A stretch of DNA of 64,000 bases. Source: Gammaproteobacteria bacterium (GTDB lineage Bacteria; Pseudomonadota; Gammaproteobacteria; Steroidobacterales; GCA-2729495). A program made the translations under genes and the position numbers. Positions 46,847-54,379 of the stretch are shown one piece after another. Position 1 is the first letter of the stretch. The number at the start of each line of letters is the position of its first letter. The notes beneath the pieces are model-generated. The model had not been told where the DNA came from and did not search any database. It saw nothing but the letters and a program-made list of their open reading frames with translations. Where the stretch lies: NCBI GenBank assembly GCA_031395645.1, contig JANNJM010000014.1, positions 2,594 through 66,593 on the forward strand, read 5' to 3'.

Positions 46847-48118
46847 CTATACCCGAATCGTGAGTCCATCCGCGAGCGCGTTGCGATACGCCCGCCAGGC
46901 CGGCAATACACCCATGAGCAGTGCGGCCCCGATGACCACGCCGGCGATCGTCAGGTCCCACTGACCCGGCGGCCGCAGCGCCACGAAGATACCGAAGCGC
47001 TCCTCGATCAGCGGTGCGGCGATGGCGAGCAGCAGGTAAAGCATGGCGAAGCCCAGAGCCACGCCGGCCGTGGCCAGCAGTCCGGCCTCGCTTACCAGCA
47101 GTCCGAAGATGTGCCAGGGCCGAGCGCCCACCGAGCGGAGAATCGCCATCTCCCGGCGGCGCTCGTTGAGGCTCGTGAGAATGGCGGTCAGCATACCCAG
47201 CAGGCCGCCCAGGACGACAAAGCCGCTGATCGCGAGCAGGGCGATCTCGACGACGCCGACGAGATCCCACAACTGGGCAAGTGCTACTCCCGGGATGATT
47301 GCCGACAGCGGCTCCTCCGGGTACTCGTTCACGGCACGCTGCAGGCGGAAGGACGCGGCCCGGGACTTGAGGCCGATGAGCACCGCTGTGATCGCCCTGG
47401 GTGTGAGGTCCATGCCGCGCACCTGCTCCGGCGAAATCTCCTGCCCGCGGAGGCGGGTGCCGCTTTGCCAGTCGGCGTGGATGGCCTCGATGGCCTCGAG
47501 GCTCACGTGTACTGTCCGGTCCACGGGCGTGCCCGTCTTCTTCAGGATGCCCTTGATCACAAACGGCTTGTCGTCATGGTTCATGAAGCTTAAAGCGCCG
47601 AGGCCGTGGGCGATGACGACTTGCTGACCGGCCTGATAGCCAAGCTTGCGGGCGACGTCGGCGCCGATGACCGCATCGAACAGGTCCGCTACAGGTTCGC
47701 CTGCCGTAAATTGCAGCGTGCGATCACCGGCAAAGCGGTAGTGCTGGTAGTAGTCCGCGCTGGTGCCCAGCACCCGGAAGCCCCGGTGCGAGTCGCCCAG
47801 CGATAGCGGGATCGTCCAGGCCACTTCGCGACGCTGCGCCAGGTCCTTGTAGGTCTGCCAGGTGATGTTGTTGGTCGCGTTGCCGATGCGGAACACGGAG
47901 TAGAGCAGCAGGTTCAGGTCGCCGCTCCGGGCGCCGACGATCAGGTCGGTGCCCGAGATCGTGTTCGCAAAGCTTAAGCGGGCCTCAGTGCGCACCCGCT
48001 CGACACCCAGCAGCAACGTGACGCTGATGGCTATCGAGAAGATCGTGAGGAGTGCGGTTGCGCGCCGGTTCCACAGGCTGCGGACGGCCAGGCCGACAAT
48101 GGTGCGCAGGCCGGTCAT
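46847..48118 (-). CDS. ABC transporter permease, FtsX/MacB type
   Basis: 423 aa. An N-terminal TM helix is followed by a large periplasmic domain and a C-terminal FtsX 3-TM bundle (MLTAILTSLNERRREMAILRSVGA). Confidence 0.8.
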   Translation of the reverse strand: MTGLRTIVGLAVRSLWNRRATALLTIFSIAISVTLLLGVERVRTEARLSFANTISGTDLIVGARSGDLNLLLYSVFRIGNATNNITWQTYKDLAQRREVAWTIPLSLGDSHRGFRVLGTSADYYQHYRFAGDRTLQFTAGEPVADLFDAVIGADVARKLGYQAGQQVVIAHGLGALSFMNHDDKPFVIKGILKKTGTPVDRTVHVSLEAIEAIHADWQSGTRLRGQEISPEQVRGMDLTPRAITAVLIGLKSRAASFRLQRAVNEYPEEPLSAIIPGVALAQLWDLVGVVEIALLAISGFVVLGGLLGMLTAILTSLNERRREMAILRSVGARPWHIFGLLVSEAGLLATAGVALGFAMLYLLLAIAAPLIEERFGIFVALRPPGQWDLTIAGVVIGAALLMGVLPAWRAYRNALADGLTIRV

Positions 48119-48819
48119 GCGGCACGCGGCCTGGCAAGCTCGTTGAGTTCCAGCAGGTCAATCTGTCTGTCGAAGCGCGCCGCCAGCGAGCGGTCGTGGC
48201 TTACAAACACGATGGCGCTACCCGCGGTCTGGCACTCGGCCATGAGCAGTTCGAGAAAGCTGGCGCGTGCGTCCGCATCGAGAGATGAGGTGGGTTCATC
48301 CGCAATCAGTAGTTCAGGCTGGCCGATCAACGCCCGTGCCGCCGCCACCCGCTGCTGCTGGCCGATGCTGAGTTCCGTTACCCGTCGGTCAAGAAGGGCC
48401 GGGTCATCGAGGCCGAGCCGTCGAAGCAGACGCTCGGCTTCCGCCTGCACGCCAATGCCGCCGGCTGTGGCCCGTTCGCGGCGGCGTATCGAGAACTGGC
48501 AGGGCAGGGCGACGTTGTCCCGGACCGACAGGTAGGGCAGCAGGTTGAACATCTGGAAGATGAAGCCGATCCGGTCCACGCGCAGCGCGTCCCGCCGGGC
48601 GGCACCGATTTCGCCAAGCGACTCACCAAGTACGCGCACTGTGCCGCTACCAGCAGTGAGCACCCCGCCGATCAGGCCCAGCAATGTGCTCTTGCCACTG
48701 CCGCTCGGGCCGCGGATAAATACTCGCTCGCCAGCGGCGACTTCAAAAGCTGAAATTTTCAACAGCGGCGGGCCTGTTCGCCAACTGAAGTTCACATCGT
48801 TCAGTGCAACGACGCTCAC
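48115..48819 (-). CDS. ABC transporter ATP-binding protein
   Basis: 234 aa from GTG 48819, which overlaps the upstream stop (GTGA). It has Walker A GPSGSGKST, the signature LSIGQQQRVAAARA and Walker B LLIADEPTSSLD. Confidence 0.85.
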   Translation of the reverse strand: MSVVALNDVNFSWRTGPPLLKISAFEVAAGERVFIRGPSGSGKSTLLGLIGGVLTAGSGTVRVLGESLGEIGAARRDALRVDRIGFIFQMFNLLPYLSVRDNVALPCQFSIRRRERATAGGIGVQAEAERLLRRLGLDDPALLDRRVTELSIGQQQRVAAARALIGQPELLIADEPTSSLDADARASFLELLMAECQTAGSAIVFVSHDRSLAARFDRQIDLLELNELARPRAA

Positions 48820-49349
48820 CGGGAGGCTGAAGAGCGCGGCAGCAGCACCCGGGGCGTGCCCGGCGTGAGGACGACGGCCTTCTGACCTGCGGGCGTGACG
48901 ATACTGGTGGTGAGCTTCTCTATGCCCGGGAATTGCACCAGGAGCTGTACGTCCACCCACTGCAGTGCTGCGGGATTGCCGCAGCGGAATTCCCAGGACG
49001 CCTCCAGATCCGAGTGGTCGTCCGTACCGAAGGCAGGTGGCGAGACGGCTGAAGAAATCATCCTGCAATCGGCACCGGGTGGAGTGAGGAACAAAGTGTT
49101 CCCGGCGTTCAGGCTGCTCACCACCTTGGCGAGCACGGCGTTCTGTTCGGGACTGGAGGGGGCGTGCTCAAAGCCCAGGAGGTTGCCGGCCGGACCATCC
49201 AGGTCGATGGCCATGTCATTGCCATCAATGGCAATAGCGAGGCTGCTGGTGCCATGCTCGTGCCTGGCGGCAGACCGGGTCTCTGCCAGGAGTTCCGCTG
49301 GGACGGTTATGGTCGCGACCAGCAGTGCCACCAGAATGGTTGGTTTCAT
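48816..49349 (-). CDS. DUF2796-family periplasmic protein (ZrgA/PA4063-like position)
   Basis: 177 aa. It has a signal peptide and His/Asp/Glu-rich motifs (ARHEHGTS, GFEHAPSS, TDDHSDLEASWEF). It is the first gene of the four-gene operon. Confidence 0.6.
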   Translation of the reverse strand: MKPTILVALLVATITVPAELLAETRSAARHEHGTSSLAIAIDGNDMAIDLDGPAGNLLGFEHAPSSPEQNAVLAKVVSSLNAGNTLFLTPPGADCRMISSAVSPPAFGTDDHSDLEASWEFRCGNPAALQWVDVQLLVQFPGIEKLTTSIVTPAGQKAVVLTPGTPRVLLPRSSASR

Positions 49350-49401
49350 TCGCAGCGTACCGTCAGCATAAAATGACTATAGCATCGCAAGGAGAACACT
49401 C

Positions 49402-49920
49402 ATGAGCATCGCCTACCGCTGGGTCGAACCGCCCTGGCCCCTCACCGCATTGCCCCGTGACCAGCTGGAGGACCGCATCCAGCAACTGTTGGGCGTCACC
49501 AACATGTGCGTGATGGCGACCGTCACCGCCAAGGGTCAGCCGATGGCGAGTCCCATCGAGTTCTACGCGGATGGTCTCGAGCTGTACATGCTGCCCGACC
49601 CCGGCACGCCAAAACTCAAAGCGCTGCAGCGCGACCCGCGCATCTCGGTCGCTGTGCACGGCGCCTATCACGGCTGGCACAGCGCCCGCGGCGCCCAGAT
49701 CTTCGGCACGGCCAAGATCATCGAGCCGCACACGCCGGGCTGGGAGCGGGGCATGCAGGTGTTTCGCTGGCACGAGTGGGTCAGCGATCTCGCCATGGAC
49801 ACGAGTAAACCCTTCGAGCGGCAGGTTCTGAAAGTAGTCCCTGACCGGATTCTCTACACGGAAACCTGGCTGTGGAAGCTGGGCTTTGGCGCGAAGCAGA
49901 AGTGGCTGAAGGCGGGCTAG
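49402..49920 (+). CDS. pyridoxamine 5'-phosphate oxidase-family (FMN split-barrel) protein
   Basis: 172 aa with AAGGAG upstream. The pattern is ...MCVMATVTAKGQPMASPIEFY...LKALQRDPRISVAV.... Confidence 0.6.
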   Translation: MSIAYRWVEPPWPLTALPRDQLEDRIQQLLGVTNMCVMATVTAKGQPMASPIEFYADGLELYMLPDPGTPKLKALQRDPRISVAVHGAYHGWHSARGAQIFGTAKIIEPHTPGWERGMQVFRWHEWVSDLAMDTSKPFERQVLKVVPDRILYTETWLWKLGFGAKQKWLKAG

Positions 49921-50321
49921 AATTTCGGTGCGAGGTGGAGCCACAGTTCCCGGGGCGACACTATCGGCATTCCGGCTTGTGCTTTCAGCTGTAGCAGTTC
50001 CCGATCCCCCGTAACGAACACGGCTGCCTGGCCCCCAATGGCGCAGGCCAGTATCGGCAGGTCGTCCGGATCAATCAGTTCGGTGCCCCGGAAGCTCCCG
50101 GGGCCGAGCACCTGGCCACGGTGCCGGAGTACCTTTTCGAAGCCCCGGATTACAGCTGACGGCATTGAGAACTTCAGCGGAAGCACGCGGCGCAGTTCCT
50201 CCAGCACGACTTCACCGACCAGGAGTTCGTGCTCGACGAAGATCATTTCCAGCAACTCGCTGCAGAGTCCCCGTGTGGTCAACGCACTGATGAGCACGTT
50301 GGTATCCAGGAAGATCTTCAC
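49917..50321 (-). CDS. PIN-domain toxin
   Basis: 134 aa. The GTG start overlaps the antitoxin stop. It has KIFLDTNVLISAL... and ...VFVTGDRELL, typical of PIN toxins. Confidence 0.75.
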   Translation of the reverse strand: MKIFLDTNVLISALTTRGLCSELLEMIFVEHELLVGEVVLEELRRVLPLKFSMPSAVIRGFEKVLRHRGQVLGPGSFRGTELIDPDDLPILACAIGGQAAVFVTGDRELLQLKAQAGMPIVSPRELWLHLAPKF

Positions 50322-50566
50322 GATACGTCGCGAAAGACATCCTCGTCAGTGAGATAGCCTGCGGCGGCGGCGTAGGGCATGGCGGCACGACGAAGGACCC
50401 TGAACTCCTCGACGACCAACTGATTGCGCAATGCTTCCCTGGCGACTTCGCTCTTGGTCCGGCCGGTTTCCCTGGCGAGGCGCGCCAGCAGTCGGTCCAG
50501 CTTGGCGTCGAGACGTATGGTGAGTGTGCTCACGGGTATTACCGGCATAGGATTTTCGTAAGACAT
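50318..50566 (-). CDS. ribbon-helix-helix (CopG-like) antitoxin
   Basis: 82 aa. LTIRLDAKLDRLLARLARETGRTKSEVAREALR is an RHH motif. It sits upstream of and is coupled to the PIN gene. Confidence 0.7.
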   Translation of the reverse strand: MSYENPMPVIPVSTLTIRLDAKLDRLLARLARETGRTKSEVAREALRNQLVVEEFRVLRRAAMPYAAAAGYLTDEDVFRDVS

Positions 50567-50640
50567 CGTAACACACCCGTCGGGACGCTGAGCTACTGCA
50601 GGTTGCAGACTACCCGCGGCTGCCGGGCAGGGATACCAGT

Positions 50641-50784
50641 GTTTCCCGGCATTTCCTCAGGATTCGCCGCGGCCTCTGCCCGCGCTGCGGTGCCCGGCGC
50701 ATGACGGAGAGTGCCGCCCTGCTGGTCGATGAAGTGCTGCCCTAGGAGCCGATCCGGCAGTGGCTGCTCTCCGTGCCCTTCCCT
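50641..50784 (+). mobile_element. IS91-family transposase gene fragment (N-terminal zinc-binding region) with an in-frame stop
   Basis: The frame reads ...HFLRIRRGLCPRCGARRMTESAALLVDEVLP-TAG-EPIRQWLLSVPFP. This matches the conserved C(P)xCGxRRM...LVD.VLP.VP(V/I)RQWVLS.P region of IS91/Y2 transposases. The TAG is at 50743-50745. No remainder of the gene is present. Confidence 0.6.
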
Positions 50785-50962
50785 CGGCCACCACGGCAAT
50801 CTGCTGATTCTCAACCCGGGACAGTACCGCTTCGGGGATTTCCTGCGGGTCGGTATACCGCTGACCGCCCTGACAGGCCTCACGAGTGCGTGGTTGTCCC
50901 AGTGGCTGTGGCTGGAGGGGCCGCTGTTGCCTTTCCCGGTGACCTGGCCGGCCTTTCCGTGA
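50783..50962 (+). pseudogene. C-terminal fragment of an SLC13/citrate-transporter-like permease
   Basis: GHHGNLLILNPGQYRFGDFLRVGIPLTALTGLTSAWL... matches the conserved ...TNLxVxGPGGYRFxDFxRVGxPL C-terminus of that family. The upstream part is replaced by the IS91 fragment in another frame. It overlaps the mscS-like gene end. Confidence 0.5.
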
Positions 50963-52022
50963 GATGCACTTCCTGCTGGGGAATGGGCATCACGATGCCT
51001 TCGCGGGCAAACACACGATAGATGGTGCAGTTCAGTTCGTGCAGCACCAGTCCCCGGTTGGCGGGATCGTCAATCCAGCAGAGCATCTCGAAATCTAGCC
51101 CAAAGTCCCCGAAGGTCCGCAGCCGCATGCGGGGCTCCGGAACCACACAAACCTGTGGATGATCGGCGGCCGCCAATAACATCAGTGCCATCACCTGATC
51201 GATGTCCGAACCGTAGCTGACCCGCACCGGGACCCGCAGACGGTACTTGCGGGTCGGGCTTCCCGACTCGTTCACGATCTTTGCGCGACCCATCACACCA
51301 TTTGGAATGCTGACTTCGACGTCGTCACGGGTGAGTAACCGCGTGCTACGCAGCCCGATCGCCGTGACGGCGCCCCGCTCCCCCGTATCAAGCACGATGT
51401 AGTCCCCGATGCGGTACGGCTTGTCGGTGAGGATGGCAATGCCCGCAATGAGATTGCCCAGCGTGTCCTGGGCGGCCAGGGACAGCGCGAGCCCGATGAT
51501 GCCGGCAGACGCCACCAGGCCCGTGATGTTGACGCCCCAGGCAATCAGTACGGCATAGAGACTCGCAAGACCCAGGATGACGACCAGGGCATTCCGTACC
51601 AGCGTGGCGGTGGTTGCCTGCGCAATGGCGGGGGGAGACGGCAGACGGGCCAAAGCTTCGAGAACGATGCGCACGATGCGCACCCCGAACACGAGCCACG
51701 CGATGATCACGACGGTCTGGCTGAGGGCCAGCGCAATGCGTTCCGGACGGGCGGCAAGCTCGACAGCGGCAATGATCCACATAACGCCGAAAAGGACGAT
51801 GGTGAAGAACACTGCCTGTCTGGCAATTCGTCCCAGTCGCTCGATCGACCATTCCGGCCAGTGACCTACCGACCGATGGAGCGCCTGACGCACCAACCAG
51901 TCGGCCAGGCTGGCAACCACCACGCACGCCACCACCGCCAGTGCGGCTTGCACGAAGGGCCGGGCCCCGACGAACGCAGCCCAGTGAGTCAATAGACTCG
52001 CCAGCTCACTCATGGGGAGCAT
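50880..52022 (-). CDS. MscS-family mechanosensitive channel
   Basis: 380 aa. The N-terminal TM helices are followed by the MscS core SAGIIGLALSLAAQDTLGNLIAGIAILTDKPYRIGDYI and a beta-domain. Confidence 0.85.
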   Translation of the reverse strand: MLPMSELASLLTHWAAFVGARPFVQAALAVVACVVVASLADWLVRQALHRSVGHWPEWSIERLGRIARQAVFFTIVLFGVMWIIAAVELAARPERIALALSQTVVIIAWLVFGVRIVRIVLEALARLPSPPAIAQATTATLVRNALVVILGLASLYAVLIAWGVNITGLVASAGIIGLALSLAAQDTLGNLIAGIAILTDKPYRIGDYIVLDTGERGAVTAIGLRSTRLLTRDDVEVSIPNGVMGRAKIVNESGSPTRKYRLRVPVRVSYGSDIDQVMALMLLAAADHPQVCVVPEPRMRLRTFGDFGLDFEMLCWIDDPANRGLVLHELNCTIYRVFAREGIVMPIPQQEVHLTERPARSPGKATAAPPATATGTTTHS

Positions 52023-52655
52023 TCAAGCTGTTTTCTGCTTCATGTAGCTGCAGACCTCCGCCTTGTGGCAGAAGCCGCCAACCTCACCGACTGGCGGTAT
52101 GCCTACAACGAAGCATGCTACGAGTCCGGGAGAACATACAGCGCCACTCTGCTGTGGTCGCCACAACAGAATGGTCAGCCAGACAACGGACGCTAGCGCA
52201 GACCAAGAAATCCGGCGACAAACAATACGACGACGATCAGGCCCACGATATAGATGATGCTGTTCATGACGGCTCCCTGCAGGCGGTGGTAATGGATTAA
52301 GATCACTACCTATACTCCGGCGCTCCGCCACGCACTGTTCGCCAACCCACAAACGAGGCCTGCGGCCGCCACCGGGCGCCCGCCATCGACCATGGGGAGT
52401 GGGCTTCGCTGCGCGGTTGCCGGAAAACGAGGAGGCAACCAGGCAGATTGCCGCCGCAAACCCACAGGCGGCCATCCAGACCAACGAAAGCCCCGCCCTG
52501 CGGGCCTCCAGTGTGGCCAGTTCCAGCAAGCCGGCGACTCCCGAGCGGGCCGACGCAAGTGCGCCGGACAGCTCGTCGAGAACGCCGGGCGCTGGCGGAC
52601 CGGTGCCGTTGGACCCCGGGTCGGAACCTGGGCGTGCCTCTGCCTCTGCAATCAT
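52023..52655 (-). CDS. YqjE/DUF1469-like (holin-superfamily-III-like) membrane protein; only the N-terminal ~85 aa are convincing
   Basis: ...GVLDELSGALASARSGVAGLLELATLEARRAGLSLVWMAACGFAAAICLVASSF resembles the amphipathic helix plus TM1 of YqjE-type proteins. After that the open frame loses membrane-protein character, and it overlaps a well-formed small ORF in another frame. The true 3' end is unknown and the gene may be decayed. Confidence 0.3.
   Translation of the reverse strand: MIAEAEARPGSDPGSNGTGPPAPGVLDELSGALASARSGVAGLLELATLEARRAGLSLVWMAACGFAAAICLVASSFSGNRAAKPTPHGRWRAPGGGRRPRLWVGEQCVAERRSIGSDLNPLPPPAGSRHEQHHLYRGPDRRRIVCRRISWSALASVVWLTILLWRPQQSGAVCSPGLVACFVVGIPPVGEVGGFCHKAEVCSYMKQKTA
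52193..52267 (-). CDS. 24-aa hydrophobic peptide (single TM)
   Basis: Below the track cutoff. ATG 52267 has GGGAG 5 nt upstream. The product is MNSIIYIVGLIVVVLFVAGFLGLR with a TAG stop at 52193-52195. Confidence 0.4.
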   Translation of the reverse strand: MNSIIYIVGLIVVVLFVAGFLGLR

Positions 52656-52667
52656 GGGGGCAGGGCG

Positions 52668-52784
52668 TCAGCGCAGGATGATGCGGCTCAGGACGAAACC
52701 GGCAACCACGGCGATACCGACGGACTTGAGCGGGTTCGCCGAAACGTAGCAGCAGGTGTCGTCCTGTTTGAGATTGCGATCCAT
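52668..52784 (-). CDS. 38-aa ORF equal to the C-terminal membrane anchor of a DUF883 (ElaB/YqjD) protein
   Basis: MDRNLKQDDTCCYVSANPLKSVGIAVVAGFVLSRIILR matches the ...Y(V/I)xxNPWK(A/S)VGIAAxxGFLLG... tail of YqjD-type proteins. An in-frame TGA lies 6 codons upstream, so the usual ~60-aa N-terminal part is absent. It ends 12 nt before the YqjE-like ORF. Confidence 0.4.
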   Translation of the reverse strand: MDRNLKQDDTCCYVSANPLKSVGIAVVAGFVLSRIILR

Positions 52785-52958
52785 GACGGCAAGCCTTGCT
52801 AGCCGTCACATCAAGTGACGGGCGAACCATACCTGGCTTGCTCGGCATGATCCGTTCGCTGTCGCACCGACGCTGACGATTGGCGCCTGCGGTCCGCCAC
52901 GCTCACCCCACCCAGCAACACTCCCAGGAGAACAACCCGAGGCACATGGCCTCTTGAG

Positions 52959-53159
52959 TTACTCGGTCTTGATTTCGACATCCACGCTGTCGCCACCGCC
53001 ACCCTCGTCCTTCTTGAACTCGATGGCGCCATTCTGCGTGTCGAGCTTCAGCTCGACGTTGGGCTTGTCGTCACTCGCGGGCTGCGCTGCCGGCGCCGGG
53101 GGTTTCCCGCCGCATCCCGCCATGATGACCAGTGCCAGGGCAAAAACCGTGCGTTGCAT
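52959..53159 (-). CDS. small lipoprotein
   Basis: 66 aa with AGGAG 7 nt upstream. It has the signal and lipobox MQRTVFALALVIMAGC. Confidence 0.6.
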   Translation of the reverse strand: MQRTVFALALVIMAGCGGKPPAPAAQPASDDKPNVELKLDTQNGAIEFKKDEGGGGDSVDVEIKTE

Positions 53160-53186
53160 GGAAAGCTCCTAATGAGTGTTGAATAG

Positions 53187-53380
53187 CTAGCCTAACCCCG
53201 AATCGGCCAGTTTTGACAGGGGCGTGGAATTTACCTGCTCACCCTTCACCTCCATCACCCGCGTCGCCAGTGACGCTACGAACTCCCGGTCGTGCTGAAG
53301 AAGATCAGCGTACCGGGATAGTTCTCCAGCGCCAGGTTGAGTCCCTCGATGTATTCCATGTCCAGGTGGTTGGTCGGTTC
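53187..53380 (-). pseudogene. ABC-F ATPase (YbiT-like) C-terminal fragment with a 1-nt frameshift
   Basis: The minus strand reads [29 protein letters not shown]. After a missing base near 53291-53296 the next frame continues [18 protein letters not shown]. Together these reproduce the Walker-B-to-H-loop region of NBD2 of YbiT-type ABC-F proteins. Nothing upstream of the Walker B region is present. Confidence 0.6.
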
Positions 53381-53545
53381 TTTGCCGCGATCATCGTCTG
53401 GATGACCTGGGTCGAGTTCTTCTACGTGTACTACGGCTGCAAGAACTTCGGCTCTGTTCGCCCGATATTCGCGACTTTTCCGCTTTAACTGGTGGGTCTG
53501 GTCAATCCACTGGAATCGGGCAACGTGCGGTGGGGCTGCCGTGGG

Positions 53546-54313
53546 CTATTGCGCGGCTGTGCCCGCGCGGACGTCGCGCTTGGCGGCGCCCTGGATGATC
53601 GAGATCAGGCTGACGACCACCATCACCGCGCAGCCCGCTACTGCTGCCAGCCGAACGGCATGCGCCGTTGCCAGCGTCTGCAGCACGATGCCCAACGCCC
53701 AGGCAAACACCGAGGTATAGATGGCATCCTGGGTACGCACGCCCACGGCCGTATAGATGGCGGTTGCCGTCACGACAGTGAGAATCGCCCAGTCATCCAT
53801 TGGCACCGCAAACGGGTAGACGCCCAGATCGAAAAACCAGGCCGCCAGGTTGGCAAGCGTCGCGGTGGTGATCCAGCCAAAGTACAGGCTGAAGGGCATA
53901 TCCACGCAGATGCGCTCGCTCATGGAGGACGCTGGCGTCACTCGCAGGCGCAGGTAAACCATGAGCAGGCTGCCGAGCAATACGAGCATGAGCAACAGAC
54001 TCTCGAGAATACGCTCGTAATGCCACATGAATATCCAGGTCGCGTTCGCCAGGCAGCTCACCAGATAGGCCGGTTCTATCCCCCGCACTCGCGCGGCCCG
54101 ATCCGCCGGCACGCGGGCCGCGAAAACGGCGAACGCCATCAGACCAAGGTAGATAAGGGACCAGATTGCAAATACCCAGCCGGCCGGCGTAAAGCCCGTC
54201 GGGTAGCGGGCACTGAGCTCGCCGGTGTTGACGCCATTGATGGGAACGATATTGGCCGCGGCATTGACCGCAATCACAGCCAGCGTCGCGATGAGCGCAA
54301 GATATCTTCGCAT
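53546..54313 (-). CDS. TspO/MBR-related tryptophan-rich membrane protein (long form)
   Basis: 255 aa from ATG 54313 with GGGGAG upstream. It has INGVNTGELSARYPTGFTPAGWVFAIWSLIYLGL and further Trp-rich TM helices. Confidence 0.5.
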   Translation of the reverse strand: MRRYLALIATLAVIAVNAAANIVPINGVNTGELSARYPTGFTPAGWVFAIWSLIYLGLMAFAVFAARVPADRAARVRGIEPAYLVSCLANATWIFMWHYERILESLLLMLVLLGSLLMVYLRLRVTPASSMSERICVDMPFSLYFGWITTATLANLAAWFFDLGVYPFAVPMDDWAILTVVTATAIYTAVGVRTQDAIYTSVFAWALGIVLQTLATAHAVRLAAVAGCAVMVVVSLISIIQGAAKRDVRAGTAAQ

Positions 54314-54379
54314 GGCGTTACTCCCCAACAGCATTTTACTTCCCGGCGGCAAAAGCGCTAAATCAGGCAGTTGCACACT

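Noticed and set aside
49350-49401. A Zur box upstream of the zrgA-like gene.
   Set aside because: Only a 6-bp CTATAG palindrome and general AT-richness are present. There is no GTTAT-N-ATAAC-like dyad, so I do not annotate it as a site.
52023-52192. A Cys-containing tail ORF (…GAVCSPGLVACFVVGIPPVGEVGGFCHKAEVCSYMKQKTA) as a separate small metal-binding protein.
   Set aside because: It has no convincing start codon or RBS, and no recognised motif beyond scattered Cys residues. It is probably just the open continuation of the decayed YqjE-like frame.
52803-52821. A 7-bp inverted repeat CCGTCAC-ATCAA-GTGACGG upstream of the DUF883-tail ORF, considered as a terminator or operator.
   Set aside because: The stem is short, there is no flanking U/T-run on either strand, and there is no second copy. 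It could easily occur by chance.
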